A DNA stretch of 64,000 nt from Escherichia phage BYEP02. The notes under the pieces were generated by a model. The model was not told the DNA's origin, ran no database searches, and saw only the letters and a list, made by a program, of their open reading frames with translations. The position numbers and the translations under genes were made by a program. Of the stretch, positions 16,140-28,323 are shown in pieces. Position 1 is the stretch's first letter; each line of letters begins with the position of its first letter. The DNA lies in sequence record OR757454.1. The stretch is one strand, 5' to 3'.

Positions 16140-18195
16140 TGTGATATAGGCTCCAAATCGATAGTTAAGTATTGTGGACGTAAGTCATTTTCAAATACAA
16201 TCAGTGAACCATCGCGAGTAAAGATAACATCATCGGTTGGGTCAGAATATAATTCAATAGTCTGAACTTCAAATTTTTCAGATGTTAAATTAATTTTAGC
16301 GATATTCCAGTAAATCACATCAGCTGGATAATTTATTTCACCGATAACATAGTATTTGTCACGTCCATCAGAATTTGCTAATTTGTTAAAATCGTTGCCT
16401 GTATACGGCTGAATGTTTTCATTTTCTGTAACATCACCCGAAGCAAATGGACCAATAATAACTTTACCAATTCCTTTAGAATCTCGGTCTGTTGATACTA
16501 TGCGAACGTCATATAATACATCTTCTTCTAAACCAGTATCAGGATTTACAACCTTTCGTCCAGAATTAAATGAAAACGTATTAGATTCCATAGAACGGTC
16601 TTTTATTTGATTATTGTATTTAATACCTGCTTCAGGTGTTTTATAGAAGTTTTGTACTTCACGAACAATTTGAATTGTCGCTAATGAACCAATGATAGAA
16701 TGATCTGCATCATCTACATATGTCAACATCTTAGATTTAGCGAAAGATGAGTTAAAAATTTCTACGTCTTCGGTATAATAACGATCAATTTTATCAATTA
16801 TTTGACCTTCGAGCCACTGTTCGGATTCTTGCAGCTTATTTAAAGCATATGTGACTTTTAAATTAGTCTTAATAAAAAGATAATTAGGAGAAATAATTGA
16901 TGGCGTAATAGGAGCTAAATTATAGTCTTTGAGATAATTTTTAATATCTTCGCGCTGTACAGTAGTTAAATACAACCCTGATTTAGGTTTAGCAGCAATA
17001 AATGCATAACCAGGTTTAGTAGAATCAGTGAACGTCTGAACTGCTTGAATAATAGAACCAAATCTCTCTGAAACGAATGTATCATAGTCAGTTGCAGTTA
17101 CGCAGCGTTGCTGGGTTTCGCGTTTAATAGTACCCAATTCGCGAATACGTTCAATATCTTCTGGATCACCGCCGCCATCTGCCCCAACAAAATCTGGGTC
17201 ATCGTTTGGATTTTCATTAATGTTGATGACAGTTATATTTGTTAATGTATCTGCATATGAAAATCCGACTGCGCCATTCGCATCTGCACCGTTAGTACTG
17301 ATGTACTCAATAACAATCGTAGAGTTCTGGGTAGGTTTAAGACCTCCAATATAATTAGCAGTCAATGCTCCTTCTGCCGCATTAACAGAAATCTCGCCTT
17401 CACCAAAATAAAACTCAGTATTTCCATCAATAGTTTCACGCATGTAGTAAATTGTTGATGTAGAACCAGCATGAACCATTGACTTTCTTGTCCAGTTAAT
17501 CCATTCTGCTCCATCAACATATAGTTTAACTTGGTTTCTATCTATATTTTTGTCATAAATGATAATAGGTGTTAATTTATCATAAATGATTTCAGTTCTT
17601 ACTATACGTCCCTGGGCTCAATATTTTTATCATAAATGATAATAGGTGTTAATTTATCATAAATGATTTCAGTTCTTACTATACGTCCCTGGGCCAATTT
17701 TAAACGTGGAAAATATTGGTTATTTTTATCACGAATAGCAATAACGTCTTCGGTAGAAACGAAGTTATATGGATTAACAGAAGTATCTTTTGCATATGCT
17801 AAAAAGCGAGTTCCGCGAGGAATAGTAATGTAATTTCTATTCAATGCATCTGTGCATGTTAACATAATTTCGGTCTGCGCAGCGGATTTTGAAGTAGGTA
17901 AATATCCGTTATCTTGCGCAGCTTGAACAACTGAACTTCGTAAGTTAGCAGTACGCATAAAGCTTTCATACACAGCAGCATTACCAAACTGCTGAATGTA
18001 CAGCGTATTATAAGCCAAAAGGTCACACAGAACGTTTAATCTTGAGCCTTCAAAATCATAATCCAAAAATTCATTTTGGCCATTAAGCCATTCAATGAGG
18101 TTTTGTTTTATTTCAGCAAATGTACCCCCGACGAATATCTCGGGAATAGCATTTGCTGTTCTTGTTAATTGATAATTTACAGGGGTATTTGCCAT
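16136..18195 (-). CDS. 6: Baseplate wedge gp6; frameshifted by 77-bp duplication 17544-17697
   Basis: ORFs 17602..18195 (MANTPVNYQLTRTANAIPEIFVGG...) and 16136..17479; span minus 77 = 660 codons + stop. Confidence 0.85.
17544..17697. repeat. 77-bp tandem duplication inside gene 6
   Basis: atattttt(g/a)tcataaatgataataggtgttaatttatcataaatgatttcag... twice. Confidence 0.9.
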
Positions 18196-18203
18196 TTTAA
18201 ATC

Positions 18204-18574
18204 CTATTTAATGAATACTTTAGATGATGCCTGAGCCACAGTATCACCGCATGATATTGGATCAGCCATTTGAACAGCTTTCTTTCCAGTGACATATACC
18301 TTAGAAGTTCTAGGTTGTGTCACTCCGCCATGTGTTTCATATGGCTTTTTAATTTCTGTATGTTCTGTAATTGGATCACCTGCTACGAGAACAGCAATTC
18401 CTCCAGTGAATACTTTACTTTGTGTAGCATTCACAACTGTTGGAGGCCAGGATCGCCTGCTACTAGAACAGCAATTCCTCCAGTGAATACTTTACTTTGT
18501 GTAGCATTCACAACTGTTGGAGGCCACGCTTCATGGCCAGCAGTAACACACTTATCATAACTTAATCCTGACAT
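18204..18574 (-). CDS. 5.4: PAAR-repeat spike-tip protein gp5.4; frameshifted by 77-bp duplication 18382-18535
   Basis: ...[77 protein letters not shown]; span minus 77 = 97 codons + stop. Confidence 0.75.
18382..18535. repeat. 77-bp tandem duplication inside gene 5.4
   Basis: gctac(g/t)agaacagcaattcctccagtgaatactttactttgtgtagcattcac... twice. Confidence 0.9.
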
Positions 18575-19206
18575 TTATGGCCTCTCATACACATAGCTTC
18601 TCAGTTTATTAGCCCAACGACTCCAATTTCCAACTATAGTTTTAGTATAATTTTTAACGAGAGTTTTTCTTATTGGAGCAGGAGGATCCGTTGGTTCAGT
18701 AGTATCAGAAGATGACCTAGAATTACTGCCAGAACCTCCAGATTCACTTTGTTCTTGGTAGTCATATATTAATGTTACTTCGTAAGTGAATGTCTTCTGG
18801 AGGTTTTGAGGAGCTTTCCATAGATTTGTTCTTGGTAGTCATATATTAATGTTACTTCGTAAGTGAATGTCTTCTGGAGGTTTTTAGGAGCTTTCCACAA
18901 ATACAACTGAGTGTCAGAATCAGTAGGAAGTTCTTCCCATGAAGCAGCAGTTTTAAATTCATCACCTAAACGATATTTCAACGCGTCATTTCCAAATCCA
19001 AACACAGATTCATACGTTCCATATAAACGATTTTCTTCTACTAAAACCCCAGGAGTTTCTTCGTAACTAGTTATATTTATAGATACTAACGTTTCACCTG
19101 TTTCTAATTGAGCGGTAAAGGTGACGTCGATAGAAGAACCTTCCATGGATTCTCCTAAATCAGCGCTCATTGGAAGTATATTAGCCAATGTCAATCCTCG
19201 ATCCAT
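18575..19206 (-). CDS. Hypothetical protein between genes 5 and 5.4 (5.1-like); frameshifted by 77-bp duplication 18748-18901
   Basis: ORF 18775..19209 MMDRGLTLANILPMSADLGESMEGSSIDVTF...; native C-terminus ...NWSRWANKLRSYVYERP readable past the duplication. Confidence 0.6.
18748..18901. repeat. 77-bp tandem duplication inside the 5.1-like gene
   Basis: tttgttcttggtagtcatatattaatgttacttcgtaagtgaatgtcttctggagg... twice. Confidence 0.9.
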
Positions 19207-21293
19207 CAATTGTGTATTGACCAGATGAAATAGAACTCATAGATGCCATTTTTTCTGTCCAATCACCACCAACGTCCCAATCAACTGTCCCAGCAACTTT
19301 CCAAGAAAGATTTCCATTTACTGTATTAGTTTGATTTCCTTCCCACCAACGTCCCAATCAACTGTCCCAGCAACTTTCCAAGAAAGATTTCCATTTACTG
19401 TATTAGTTTGATTACCTTCAACTAAAGTGGTAGCATCTCCTTTAACTGTAATGTCAGCATTACCTTCAACTACAATAGTAACATTACCTTTAACTAGGAT
19501 AGTTCCATTACCTTCAACCGTCTTAGTTTCATCGCCTCTAACAAATATCGTATTGCTTCCATCTATTTGGTGAAGACGATTATCCATGTTGTAATAAATT
19601 TCTGATCCACCGACGTTAGTCTTTTTATCGCCGGCTACCAAAAAATTACCATCAGCATTTGTTATATCATACAAATTATCAACAGTTTTTCTTGTTCTTC
19701 TTCCTGACCGGCTACCAAAAAATTACCATCAGCATTGGTTATATCATACAAATTATCAACAGTTTTTCTTGTTCTTCTTCCTGACGGTGATACTTCCTCA
19801 TACGTTCCAGTCGGATGAACTAATCTGTATCGTTCTTGCCCAGGGGTATCATCAAATTCCTGAATATGCCCACTTTCAGTTTCCATTGTATGCACATAAG
19901 GATATTCGCCTTTATATGAAGAAACTGGTTCTTTGAATAAAATTCTCGAGTCATTTGGAATAGGAGGGTCAGCCGGGTCAGAAGACTTTGCTACAGTAGC
20001 AGCCATTGCTGACAAAGACCTAGCCGGTGTTTTCACTTCAATACCGTATGATTCTCAGAAGATTTAGCTACAGTCGCAGCCATTGCCGATAAAGACCTAG
20101 CTGGAGTTTTCACTTCAACACCATATGATTCCAAATTCCCCGTAAGAATAATCATGGTAACACGGGATGCACGGCCTTTTGTTTGTTGATACCACAATGA
20201 ATCACGACCGGCTTTATATGCTTTTTCCCAATCTCCTGCTAACATAGCAGTTAACATTGTGTTAAATTTAGCTACACCGCCAACACCCATCTGAAATGCC
20301 ATATTTTCTAATGCCATTTGGCGAGAACGGTTGACAGCTTGCCAGACTGGTCCTACTTTAGAATGTGATTTAATGTCGCGTTGCATATCAGCCAAATCAC
20401 GTTCAAATAGAGTCGTCGCTTCTTCCATTGTAATAGAACCTGGATTTCCGGTAATTTCACGACCAACTTGTTTTGATAAAACTTTATTAATTTGGGCCAT
20501 ATCACGAACTGGCTGCTTCATGATAAGATGACCAATACCAATTGTCGGATATCCTTCAGTATCCCAATAAACTTTTAGTCTTAATCCTTCATCACGGCGA
20601 AGCATTTCAGCCATTGACATATTTGGATTATCATCAGTTGGAATCTCTGATAGTGGTCTATCATCGGGTCACGGCGAAGCATTTCAGCCATTGACATATT
20701 TGGATTATCATCAGTTGGAATCTCTGATAGTGGTCTATCATCGGGATTTATTGCGGTGTCTAAGTTACTATCTTGAATAACATTAGAAGAGGAATCATAT
20801 CCTACATCACCACCTTGGTTTAATACGTTCGTATCATTTCCTAAACGTCTAGGATATTGCCCAGTTGGGTCAGAAAATCCTTCAAGTCTATTCGGTTTTT
20901 CGCGAACTATTCCACCATACGTGCCAAGGACAATTCCGTTAGTTTTCCATTTGTCTAAAAAATGACCATAAACTCTAGTTCCTTCTACCGGTCCAGTAAC
21001 AGAACCTCCAATTCCAGACATTGCTGCAGAAGTTATAGGTTGAATAACTGACATCCATGGTAATTTTTCAGTTGGAATACCCATTACATCACCTTGCGCT
21101 CTTTGTGGTGGATGCAGACCAACCACACGAACACGAACACGACCTAATTTTAATGGGTCCATTCTATCTTCAACAACACCAACAAACCAATTGAACCAAC
21201 CACACGAACACGAACACGACCTAATTTTAATGGGTCCATTCTATCTTCAACAACACCAACAAACCAGTTGAGGTTATTACTTATCATTTCCAT
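19181..21293 (-). CDS. 5: Baseplate hub / cell-puncturing protein with lysozyme domain gp5; broken by five 77-bp duplications
   Basis: Fragments contain MDPLKLGRVRVRVVGLHPP..., lysozyme domain MSMAEMLRRDEGLRLKVYWDTEGYPTIGIGHL..., beta-helix VEGNxT repeats; span minus 385 bp = 576 codons. Confidence 0.9.
19266..19419. repeat. 77-bp tandem duplication inside gene 5
   Basis: ccaccaacgtcccaatcaactgtcccagcaactttccaagaaagatttcc... twice. Confidence 0.9.
19631..19784. repeat. 77-bp tandem duplication inside gene 5
   Basis: ccggctaccaaaaaattaccatcagcatt(t/g)gttatatcatacaaattatc... twice. Confidence 0.9.
19978..20131. repeat. 77-bp tandem duplication (several substitutions) inside gene 5
   Basis: tcagaagactttgctacagtagcagccattgctgacaaagacc... 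vs tcagaagatttagctacagtcgcagccattgccgataaagacc... Confidence 0.9.
20592..20745. repeat. 77-bp tandem duplication inside gene 5 (lysozyme domain)
   Basis: tcacggcgaagcatttcagccattgacatatttggattatcatcagttgg... twice. Confidence 0.9.
21118..21271. repeat. 77-bp tandem duplication inside gene 5 (N-terminal region)
   Basis: accaaccacacgaacacgaacacgacctaattttaatgggtccattc... twice. Confidence 0.9.
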
Positions 21294-22021
21294 AAGATTT
21301 CTCCATTATACGTATAAGGTCGTTCATAAATGAATTGATGTCTGATTTTGCTATTATTTTTATTTGACGAAGTTTTTCATTTTCAAGAACAGCAGCTTCA
21401 TACGTATCGACCGCAGCAAGTGCTCCTTCATATTGAGGATATTTTCTAGCTTTATCGCCTTTAGAACAGCAGCTTCATACGTATCGACCGCAGCAAGTGC
21501 TCCTTCATATTGAGGATATTTTCTAGCTTTATCACCTTTGTCATACCAAACATATGGATTATCATCGTATGATATTAAATTATAAAATTTTTCACCATTC
21601 TCATTCACATGATATACTATTTGGTCTCCACCTACGTTTTTGTATTTTTGTATAGATGCTTGATAAGCAGCTTCTTGCGAAGTAATCCATCCATAATACG
21701 GATCATAATTATCATTACACATCAATAAAACCCAATACAACTGGCAGCTTCTTGCGAAGTAATCCATCCATAATACGGATCATAATTATCATTACACATC
21801 AATAAAACCCAATACAACTGCGGATTTCCATATATAGTATTTGCTAATTCTTCCGGGCGTGGTGAACCTTTAATATAATAAGTACGTAAGCGGTATCCCG
21901 CAAGAGCGCGTTTAAAATAGTCTTTATAGTTTCTAAAAATATCTGTCATAGGAATAGTCGGCGCGTTTTTATTCACCGTTTTGGCCGCATATTCAATCGG
22001 ATCAAAAAATGTAAAGAGCAT
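21277..22021 (-). CDS. 53: Baseplate wedge gp53; broken by 77-bp duplications 21386-21539 and 21667-21820
   Basis: ORF 21722..22021 MLFTFFDPIEYAAKTVNKNAPTIPMTDIFRNYKDYFKRALAGYRLRTYYIKG...; span minus 154 = 197 codons. Confidence 0.85.
21386..21539. repeat. 77-bp tandem duplication inside gene 53
   Basis: agaacagcagcttcatacgtatcgaccgcagcaagtgctccttcatattgagg... twice. Confidence 0.9.
21667..21820. repeat. 77-bp tandem duplication inside gene 53
   Basis: gcagcttcttgcgaagtaatccatccataatacggatcataattatc... twice. Confidence 0.9.
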
Positions 22022-22034
22022 GGGCCCTCCTGTT

Positions 22035-22042
22035 TATAAATA
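22035..22042 (+). promoter_or_regulatory. T4-type late promoter TATAAATA for gene 4
   Basis: Exact tataaata ~27 bp upstream of gene 4 ATG in the divergent 53/4 intergenic region. Confidence 0.7.
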
Positions 22043-22049
22043 TATTATC

Positions 22050-22057
22050 TATTTATA
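22050..22057 (-). promoter_or_regulatory. T4-type late promoter (TATAAATA on minus strand) for gene 53
   Basis: Plus-strand tatttata in the 53/4 intergenic region, back-to-back with the gene 4 late promoter. Confidence 0.65.
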
Positions 22058-22068
22058 AGGAGAATCCA

Positions 22069-22521
22069 ATGGCATATTCTGGAAAATGGGTTCCTAAAAA
22101 TATATCAAAATATAGAGGTGACCCTAAAAAAATTACGTATAGATCAAATTGGGAAAAATTCTTTTTTGAATGGTTAGATAAAAATCCAGAAATTATTGCA
22201 TGGGGTAGTGAAACAGCAGTAATTCCTTATTTTTGTAATGCAGAAGGGAAAAAACGTAGATACTTCATGGATATTTGGATGAAAGATTCTTCTGGACAAG
22301 AATTTTTTATTGAAATAAAGCCTAAAAAAGAAACACAACCACCAGTTAAACCAGCACATCTAACAACTGCAGCGAAGAAAAGATTTATGAATGAAATTTA
22401 TACATATTCCGTTAATACTGACAAATGGAAAGCAGCTCAAGCTTTAGCTGAAAAGCGTGGAATAAAATTTAGAATTCTAACAGAAGATGGATTACGAGCT
22501 CTTGGCTTTAAGGGGGCATAA
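22069..22521 (+). CDS. 4: Head completion protein gp4 (intact, 150 aa)
   Basis: [48 protein letters not shown]...; matches recalled T4 gp4. Confidence 0.88.
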   Translation: MAYSGKWVPKNISKYRGDPKKITYRSNWEKFFFEWLDKNPEIIAWGSETAVIPYFCNAEGKKRRYFMDIWMKDSSGQEFFIEIKPKKETQPPVKPAHLTTAAKKRFMNEIYTYSVNTDKWKAAQALAEKRGIKFRILTEDGLRALGFKGA

Positions 22522-23422
22522 TGGCTATTTTTCAAATAATTAATGAAAGCACTCCCCAAGTTCCAAAGGTTAAGCAATCATTAAACGAAAAGAAATGGAT
22601 TCAGATAGGTCTTGAATACAGAAAGGCCAAAGCAAAAGGAATGACAGGAAAGCAATTTGCTGAAGAAAGAGGAATCAAATACTCTACGTTTACTTCGGCA
22701 ATGTCAAAATATGCTTCAGGAATTAAAACGGCTGAAAAGATTCAAAAGCTTGAATCAAAACCAATGAATAAACTCAATAAGCAAGAAAGACAACTGCTTA
22801 TGATAAATTCATTCAGGCAAACATTGCGTGATAAAATTCGTAATGAAGGTGCAGCAATTAATAATAAAACCAGAAAGTGGTTTGCTGAAACTATTAAGCA
22901 AGTAAAAGGACATAAAGTTGTTCGCCCGCAGCCGGGACGAATATATGCTTTTGCTTATGATGCTAAACACAAGGAAACTCTTCCTTACTGGGATAAATTT
23001 CCTTTGATAATTTACCTTGGTTTAGGTAAACATAATTTAATGTACACAAGGAAACTCTTCCTTACTGGGATAAATTTCCTTTGATAATTTACCTTGGTTT
23101 AGGTAAGCATAATTTAATGTACGGATTGAACTTGCACTATATTCCACCTAAAGCTCGTCAGCAATTCCTAGAAGAGCTTTTAAAGCAATATGCAAATACA
23201 CCTACTATTACTAATAAAACGAAATTAAAAATTGATTGGAGTCAAGTGAAAGGATTTAGGGGTGCAGACCAAATGATTAAGGCATATATACCTGGTAATA
23301 TTATGGGTAGCCTTGTTGAAATCGCCCCGAAAGACTGGGCGAACGTTGTGTTAATGCCACTTCAGCAGTTCGTTTCAAAAGGAAAACGTTTCTCTGCAAA
23401 CAAAGTCTGGTCAAATATCTAA
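22521..23422 (+). CDS. 2: DNA end-protector protein gp2; frameshifted by 77-bp duplication 22967-23120
   Basis: ORFs 22521..23084 ([30 protein letters not shown]...) and 23081..23422; span minus 77 = 274 codons + stop. Confidence 0.85.
22967..23120. repeat. 77-bp tandem duplication inside gene 2
   Basis: acacaaggaaactcttccttactgggataaatttcctttgataatttacc... twice. Confidence 0.9.
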
Positions 23423-23572
23423 TTCTATTATCTTCCATTCTTTTCTATTGTTTGTTCTAATTGGAATTGAATGGAAGGGACTTAGACCCATTATACTAAT
23501 TCTATTATCTTCCATTCTTTTCTGTTGTTTGTTCTAAATGGAATTGAATGGAAGGGACTTAGACCCATTATA
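23419..23572. repeat. 77-bp tandem duplication in the gene 2 / gene 3 intergenic region
   Basis: ctaattctattatcttccattcttttct(a/g)ttgtttgttctaa... twice. Confidence 0.9.
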
Positions 23573-23605
23573 CCACCAACAGTTATAAAGCATTATGAGG
23601 AATAT

Positions 23606-24213
23606 ATGTCGCAAGCACTACAACAAATTTTTAACCAAGCAAATACAACTAACTTTGTAGTATCAATACCGCATAGTAATACTACATCTGCTTTTACTTT
23701 AAATGCTCAGTCAGTTCCTATTCCGGGAATTAGGTAGTATCAATACCACATAGTAATACTACATCTGCTTTTACTTTAAATGCTCAGTCAGTTCCTATTC
23801 CAGGAATTAGAATACCTGTTACTGATACCGTGACTGGGCCGTTTGGACTGGGCCGAGCACAGCGTCCAGGTGTTACATTTGAGTATGATCCACTCATTGT
23901 GAGATTTATAGTTGATGAAGAACTTAAGTCGTGGATAGGAATGTATGAATGGATGCTAGGAACTAGCAACTATCTTACAGGTGAAAATACTGCTCAAAAA
24001 ACAGGTCCTGAATACATTACGCTTTACATCTTAGATAATAGTAAAACTGAAATCGTGATGTCAATAAATTTTTATAAGCCTTGGGTTTCTGACCTGTCTG
24101 AAGTAGAATTTAGCTACACGGAAGATTCAGACCCAGCTTTAGTATGTACAGCAACGATTCCTTATACGTATTTTCAAGTAGAAAAAGATGGCAAAATTAT
24201 AGCAGAAGTTTAA
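23606..24213 (+). CDS. 3: Tail tube terminator / tail completion gp3; frameshifted by 77-bp duplication 23657-23810
   Basis: MSQALQQIFNQANTTNFVVSIPHSNTTSAFTLNAQSVPIPGIR then ...GPFGLGRAQRPGVTFEYDPLIVRF...; span minus 77 = 176 codons + stop. Confidence 0.85.
23657..23810. repeat. 77-bp tandem duplication inside gene 3
   Basis: gtagtatcaatacc(g/a)catagtaatactacatctgcttttactttaaatgctc... twice. Confidence 0.9.
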
Positions 24214-24248
24214 TGCTTCAGTTTCATGTGTTATAATCTTAACTAAAT

Positions 24249-24402
24249 TTGAGGAGAAACATATGAAACTAATCTTTTTAAGTGGTGTAAAGCGTAGTGG
24301 AAAAGATACTACTGCAGATTTTATTTTGAGGAGAAACACATGAAACTAATCTTTTTAAGCGGTGTAAAGCGTAGTGGAAAAGATACTACTGCTGATTTTA
24401 TC
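24249..24402. repeat. 77-bp tandem duplication covering the gene 1 RBS/start (real start in copy 2)
   Basis: ttgaggagaaaca(t/c)atgaaactaatctttttaag(t/c)ggtgtaaagcgtagtgg... twice. Confidence 0.9.
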
Positions 24403-25052
24403 ATGAGCAATTATTCTGCAGTTAAATACCAACTTGCTGGTCCTATTAAGGATGCATTGGCTTATGCATGGGGAGTATTTGCAGCAAACACTGACTATCC
24501 TTGCTTAACTCGTAAAGAGTTTGAAGGAATTGACTATGATCGTGAGACTAATTTAAATCTGACTAAATTAGAAGTAATTACGATTATGGAACAAGCATTT
24601 TGCTATCTTAATAGTAAAAGCCCAATTAAAGGTGTGTTTGTTTTTGATGACGCAGTTAATTTCGTAGCATTTAACAAGATTGCTGACGTTATAAATAATA
24701 TTGAAGATCAATGGTCAGTCCGTCGTCTGATGCAAGCCCTAGGTACGGATTTGATTGTTAATAACTTCGACCGCATGTATTGGGTAAAATTATTTGCTTT
24801 AGATTATCTTGATAAATTTAACTCAGGTTATGATTATTATATCGTTCCTGATACTCGTCAAGATCATGAAATGGATGCGGCTAGGGCGATGGGTGCTACA
24901 GTAATTCATGTAGTTCGTCCTGGTCAAAAATCCAATGATACTCATATTACAGAAGCTGGATTGCCAATTCGTGATGGTGATTTAGTAATTACAAACGATG
25001 GTTCTCTTGAAGAACTTTTTTCTAAAATTAAAAATACACTAAAGGTACTATA

Positions 25053-25053
<1 letters not shown>
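24340..25053 (+). CDS. 1: Deoxynucleoside monophosphate kinase gp1 (intact)
   Basis: MKLIFLSGVKRSGKDTTADF... P-loop; 237 aa; a truncated duplicate of the start sits in copy 1 of duplication 24249-24402. Confidence 0.9.
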
Positions 25054-25904
<851 letters not shown>

Positions 25905-25916
25905 TTTCACAAAGTT

Positions 25917-25946
25917 GTTTACACGTTGATGAGGTAGTGATACTAT
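25917..25946 (+). promoter_or_regulatory. T4 early-type promoter (-35 GTTTAC, -10 TACTAT) for the ipI-like gene
   Basis: aaagttGTTTACacgttgatgaggtagtgaTACTATtatc ~30 bp upstream of the ATG. Confidence 0.6.
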
Positions 25947-25976
25947 TATCTCATCAAAATTAATTAGGAAAATAAA

Positions 25977-26341
25977 ATGAAAACTTTCAAAGAGTTTACT
26001 ACAAAAACTACCCCGGTTTCTACTATTACTGAAGCTACTCTTACTTCTGAAGTTATTAAAGCAAATAAAGGACGAGAAGGTAAACCAATGATTAGTTTGG
26101 TTGATGGCGAAGAAATCAAAGGTACTGTTTACCTAGGTGATGGGTGGTCTGCTAAAAAGGATGGTGCTACAATCTGGTTGATGGCGAAGAAATCAAAGGT
26201 ACTGTTTACCTAGGTGATGGGTGGTCTGCTAAAAAGGATGGTGCTACAATCGTTATCTCTCCTGCTGAAGAAACTGCGTTGTTTAAAGCTAAACACATTT
26301 CTGCGGCACATCTCAAGATTATTGCTAAAAATCTTTTGTAA
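25977..26341 (+). CDS. ipI: Internal head protein (IPI-like, capsid-targeting sequence at N-terminus); frameshifted by 77-bp duplication 26099-26252
   Basis: MKTFKEFTTKT... N-terminus typical of T-even internal proteins; ~95 codons after removing one copy; position adjacent to 57B as in T4. Confidence 0.7.
26099..26252. repeat. 77-bp tandem duplication inside the ipI-like gene
   Basis: ggttgatggcgaagaaatcaaaggtactgtttacctaggtgatgggtgg... twice. Confidence 0.9.
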
Positions 26342-26359
26342 TAAATATTTCACAAAGTT

Positions 26360-26389
26360 GTTTACATAGGGTTTTAGTTGTGATACTAT
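26360..26389 (+). promoter_or_regulatory. T4 early-type promoter (-35 GTTTAC, -10 TACTAT)
   Basis: cacaaagttGTTTACatagggttttagttgtgaTACTATtacc. Confidence 0.55.
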
Positions 26390-26417
26390 TACCCTATCAA
26401 CTACTGAGGAGAATAAA

Positions 26418-26680
26418 ATGAAACGTTGTGAATTAATTCGAAATGTTGCTATTGCAATTTCTGCTTCTGCTTTTAGTTTTTCAATGTTTGTTGGATTTAT
26501 ATGTGGATTATTAACTACAGCAGAAAATGTGTTTTCACTTGTAGTAGCATTTTTAATTGGTTTAATGTTGGATTTATATGTGGATTATTAACTACAGCAG
26601 AAAATGTGTTTTCACTTGTAGTAGCATTTTTAATTGGTTTAATTGCTGTCGTTATGGATAAAATTTCTAAAGGTGAATAG
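26418..26680 (+). CDS. Small hydrophobic protein; frameshifted by 77-bp duplication 26490-26643
   Basis: MKRCELIRNVAIAISASAFSFSMFVGFICGLLTTAENVFSLVVAFLIGLI... Confidence 0.5.
26490..26643. repeat. 77-bp tandem duplication inside small membrane-protein gene
   Basis: gttggatttatatgtggattattaactacagcagaaaatgtgttttcac... twice. Confidence 0.9.
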
Positions 26681-26681
26681 A

Positions 26682-27065
26682 ATGTATAAAGTGTACGCGG
26701 ATTATCAGGCTAATCCATCTGAAAAGCCAGGTTGTCAAATTGGATGGGCTCATGATACTTTGCTTGAAGCAGTAGATGCTGCTCAAAAATTAGGATATAA
26801 ATATGTAGAGATTGTTCAACTACCATCAGGAACAGTTATTACTCTTGAAGAGTTCAATAACATTAAACCAAACTTTTTACTTTTTGCAGGTGATAATTAT
26901 TATCCTCGTGGTGGATATGCTGATTTAATCGCGAAAGCCGCTACTGAAGATGAACTTCGTGATATTATCAAAGAAAATGAAAACAAACCGATGTATGGTT
27001 CTAATCGCTTTGATTGGTGGCAAATTGTAAATGCCCATACTCATACTATTGTTGATGAAGGTTGA
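26682..27065 (+). CDS. Hypothetical protein (127 aa)
   Basis: MYKVYADYQANPSEKPGCQIGWAHDTLLEAVDAAQKLGYKYVEIVQLPSG...; ORF 26643..27065. Confidence 0.55.
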   Translation: MYKVYADYQANPSEKPGCQIGWAHDTLLEAVDAAQKLGYKYVEIVQLPSGTVITLEEFNNIKPNFLLFAGDNYYPRGGYADLIAKAATEDELRDIIKENENKPMYGSNRFDWWQIVNAHTHTIVDEG

Positions 27066-27355
27066 TAATGATTCTTTATGCTAAAGTATCATCCATTGAA
27101 AATGGATATAAATATGATCAAGAAGCAGTTAAAGCCTTGATTGATGATTATGGCATTTTAACATGTTTTGAAGTTGAAAAGGTTTATGTTGACCGTTCAT
27201 CTTCTCAAGTTAAATTAGTGAAGGAAGACCGTAAATTTAATACAGTAAATTTTGATTTCTTTATTGAAACAGAAAAAGGTCCTCTTGAATATGATATTTT
27301 CAAGAATCCTTTGGGTCTTGAATGCATCGTAAATATGTATTATCATAAATGGTAA
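27062..27355 (+). CDS. Hypothetical protein (97 aa)
   Basis: ORF MIMILYAKVSSIENGYKYDQEAVKALIDDYGILTCFEVEKVYVDR...; start overlaps upstream stop. Confidence 0.5.
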   Translation: MIMILYAKVSSIENGYKYDQEAVKALIDDYGILTCFEVEKVYVDRSSSQVKLVKEDRKFNTVNFDFFIETEKGPLEYDIFKNPLGLECIVNMYYHKW

Positions 27356-27507
27356 ATATGCTTTAAGAATTATTTGTTATTATTAACTCATATCGCACTG
27401 ATTAATACCCTCTATCATCAAGGGTTCTTTAAATATGCTTTAAGAATTATTTGTTATTATTAACTCATACCGCACTGATTAATACCCTCTATCATCAAGG
27501 GTTCTTG
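27354..27507. repeat. 77-bp tandem duplication in the intergenic region upstream of the HNH endonuclease gene
   Basis: aaatatgctttaagaattatttgttattattaactcata(t/c)cgcactgattaataccc... twice. Confidence 0.9.
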
Positions 27508-27542
27508 TTTGAGAGCCTTTGTTAATAATTGGGAATCATATT

Positions 27543-28151
27543 ATGGATACTAAATTAGCTGAAATTTTTGAAGGAAAACATCCAAATTTTAGTACAGGAA
27601 AGCTGAAAGATAAAATAATAAAAGAAAATATTTTTCCATATGAGTGTGCAATTTGTAAAATTTCAAAATGGCAAAATAAGCATATTGTTCTGCAATTAGA
27701 CCATATTGACGGAAATAACAAAAATCATCTTAAATCAAATTTAAGATTATTATGTCCAAATTGCCATTCGCAAACTGATACTTTTGCTGGTAAAAATATT
27801 AAAAATAATAAAAAGCGTTATAATGTTAGTGATGAAGAAATTTTAAACGCATTATTAAATTCTGCTACTATATCATCTGCAATTACTTCATTAGGTTTAA
27901 GTAAAGGCGGAAACTATAAAAGATTCATTAAAATTGCTAATGATAATAAATTATATCATTTACTGGTAAATATTAATGAAAACATTTTAACTGATGAAAT
28001 TTACGAAGAATTAGTTAAAATTGATTATTCTAAATTTGGATGGGTTAGTAAAGCTGCTAAAATAATAGGTATAAGCCCACAAAAAGCTAGAAAATGGATA
28101 GAACGAAAGTGTCCAGAATTGATAGAACAATCTTTTTCACGTAATAAATAA
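27543..28151 (+). mobile_element. Free-standing HNH homing endonuclease gene immediately upstream of the tRNA cluster
   Basis: MDTKLAEIFEGK... with HNH motif DHIDGNNKNHLKSNLRLLCPNCH and C-terminal helix-turn-helix-like region. Confidence 0.7.
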
Positions 28152-28157
28152 TATAGA

Positions 28158-28244
28158 GCGAGAATGGTCAAATTGGTAAAGGCACAGCACTTAAAATGCT
28201 GCGGAATGATTTCCTTGTGGGTTCGAGTCCCACTTCTCGCACCA
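28158..28244 (+). tRNA. tRNA-Leu (anticodon TAA), type II
   Basis: Manual fold: acceptor gcgagaa/ttctcgc, anticodon loop cttaaaa, long variable arm, T-loop ggttcgagtcc, CCA encoded. Confidence 0.8.
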
Positions 28245-28249
28245 AATTT

Positions 28250-28323
<74 letters not shown>

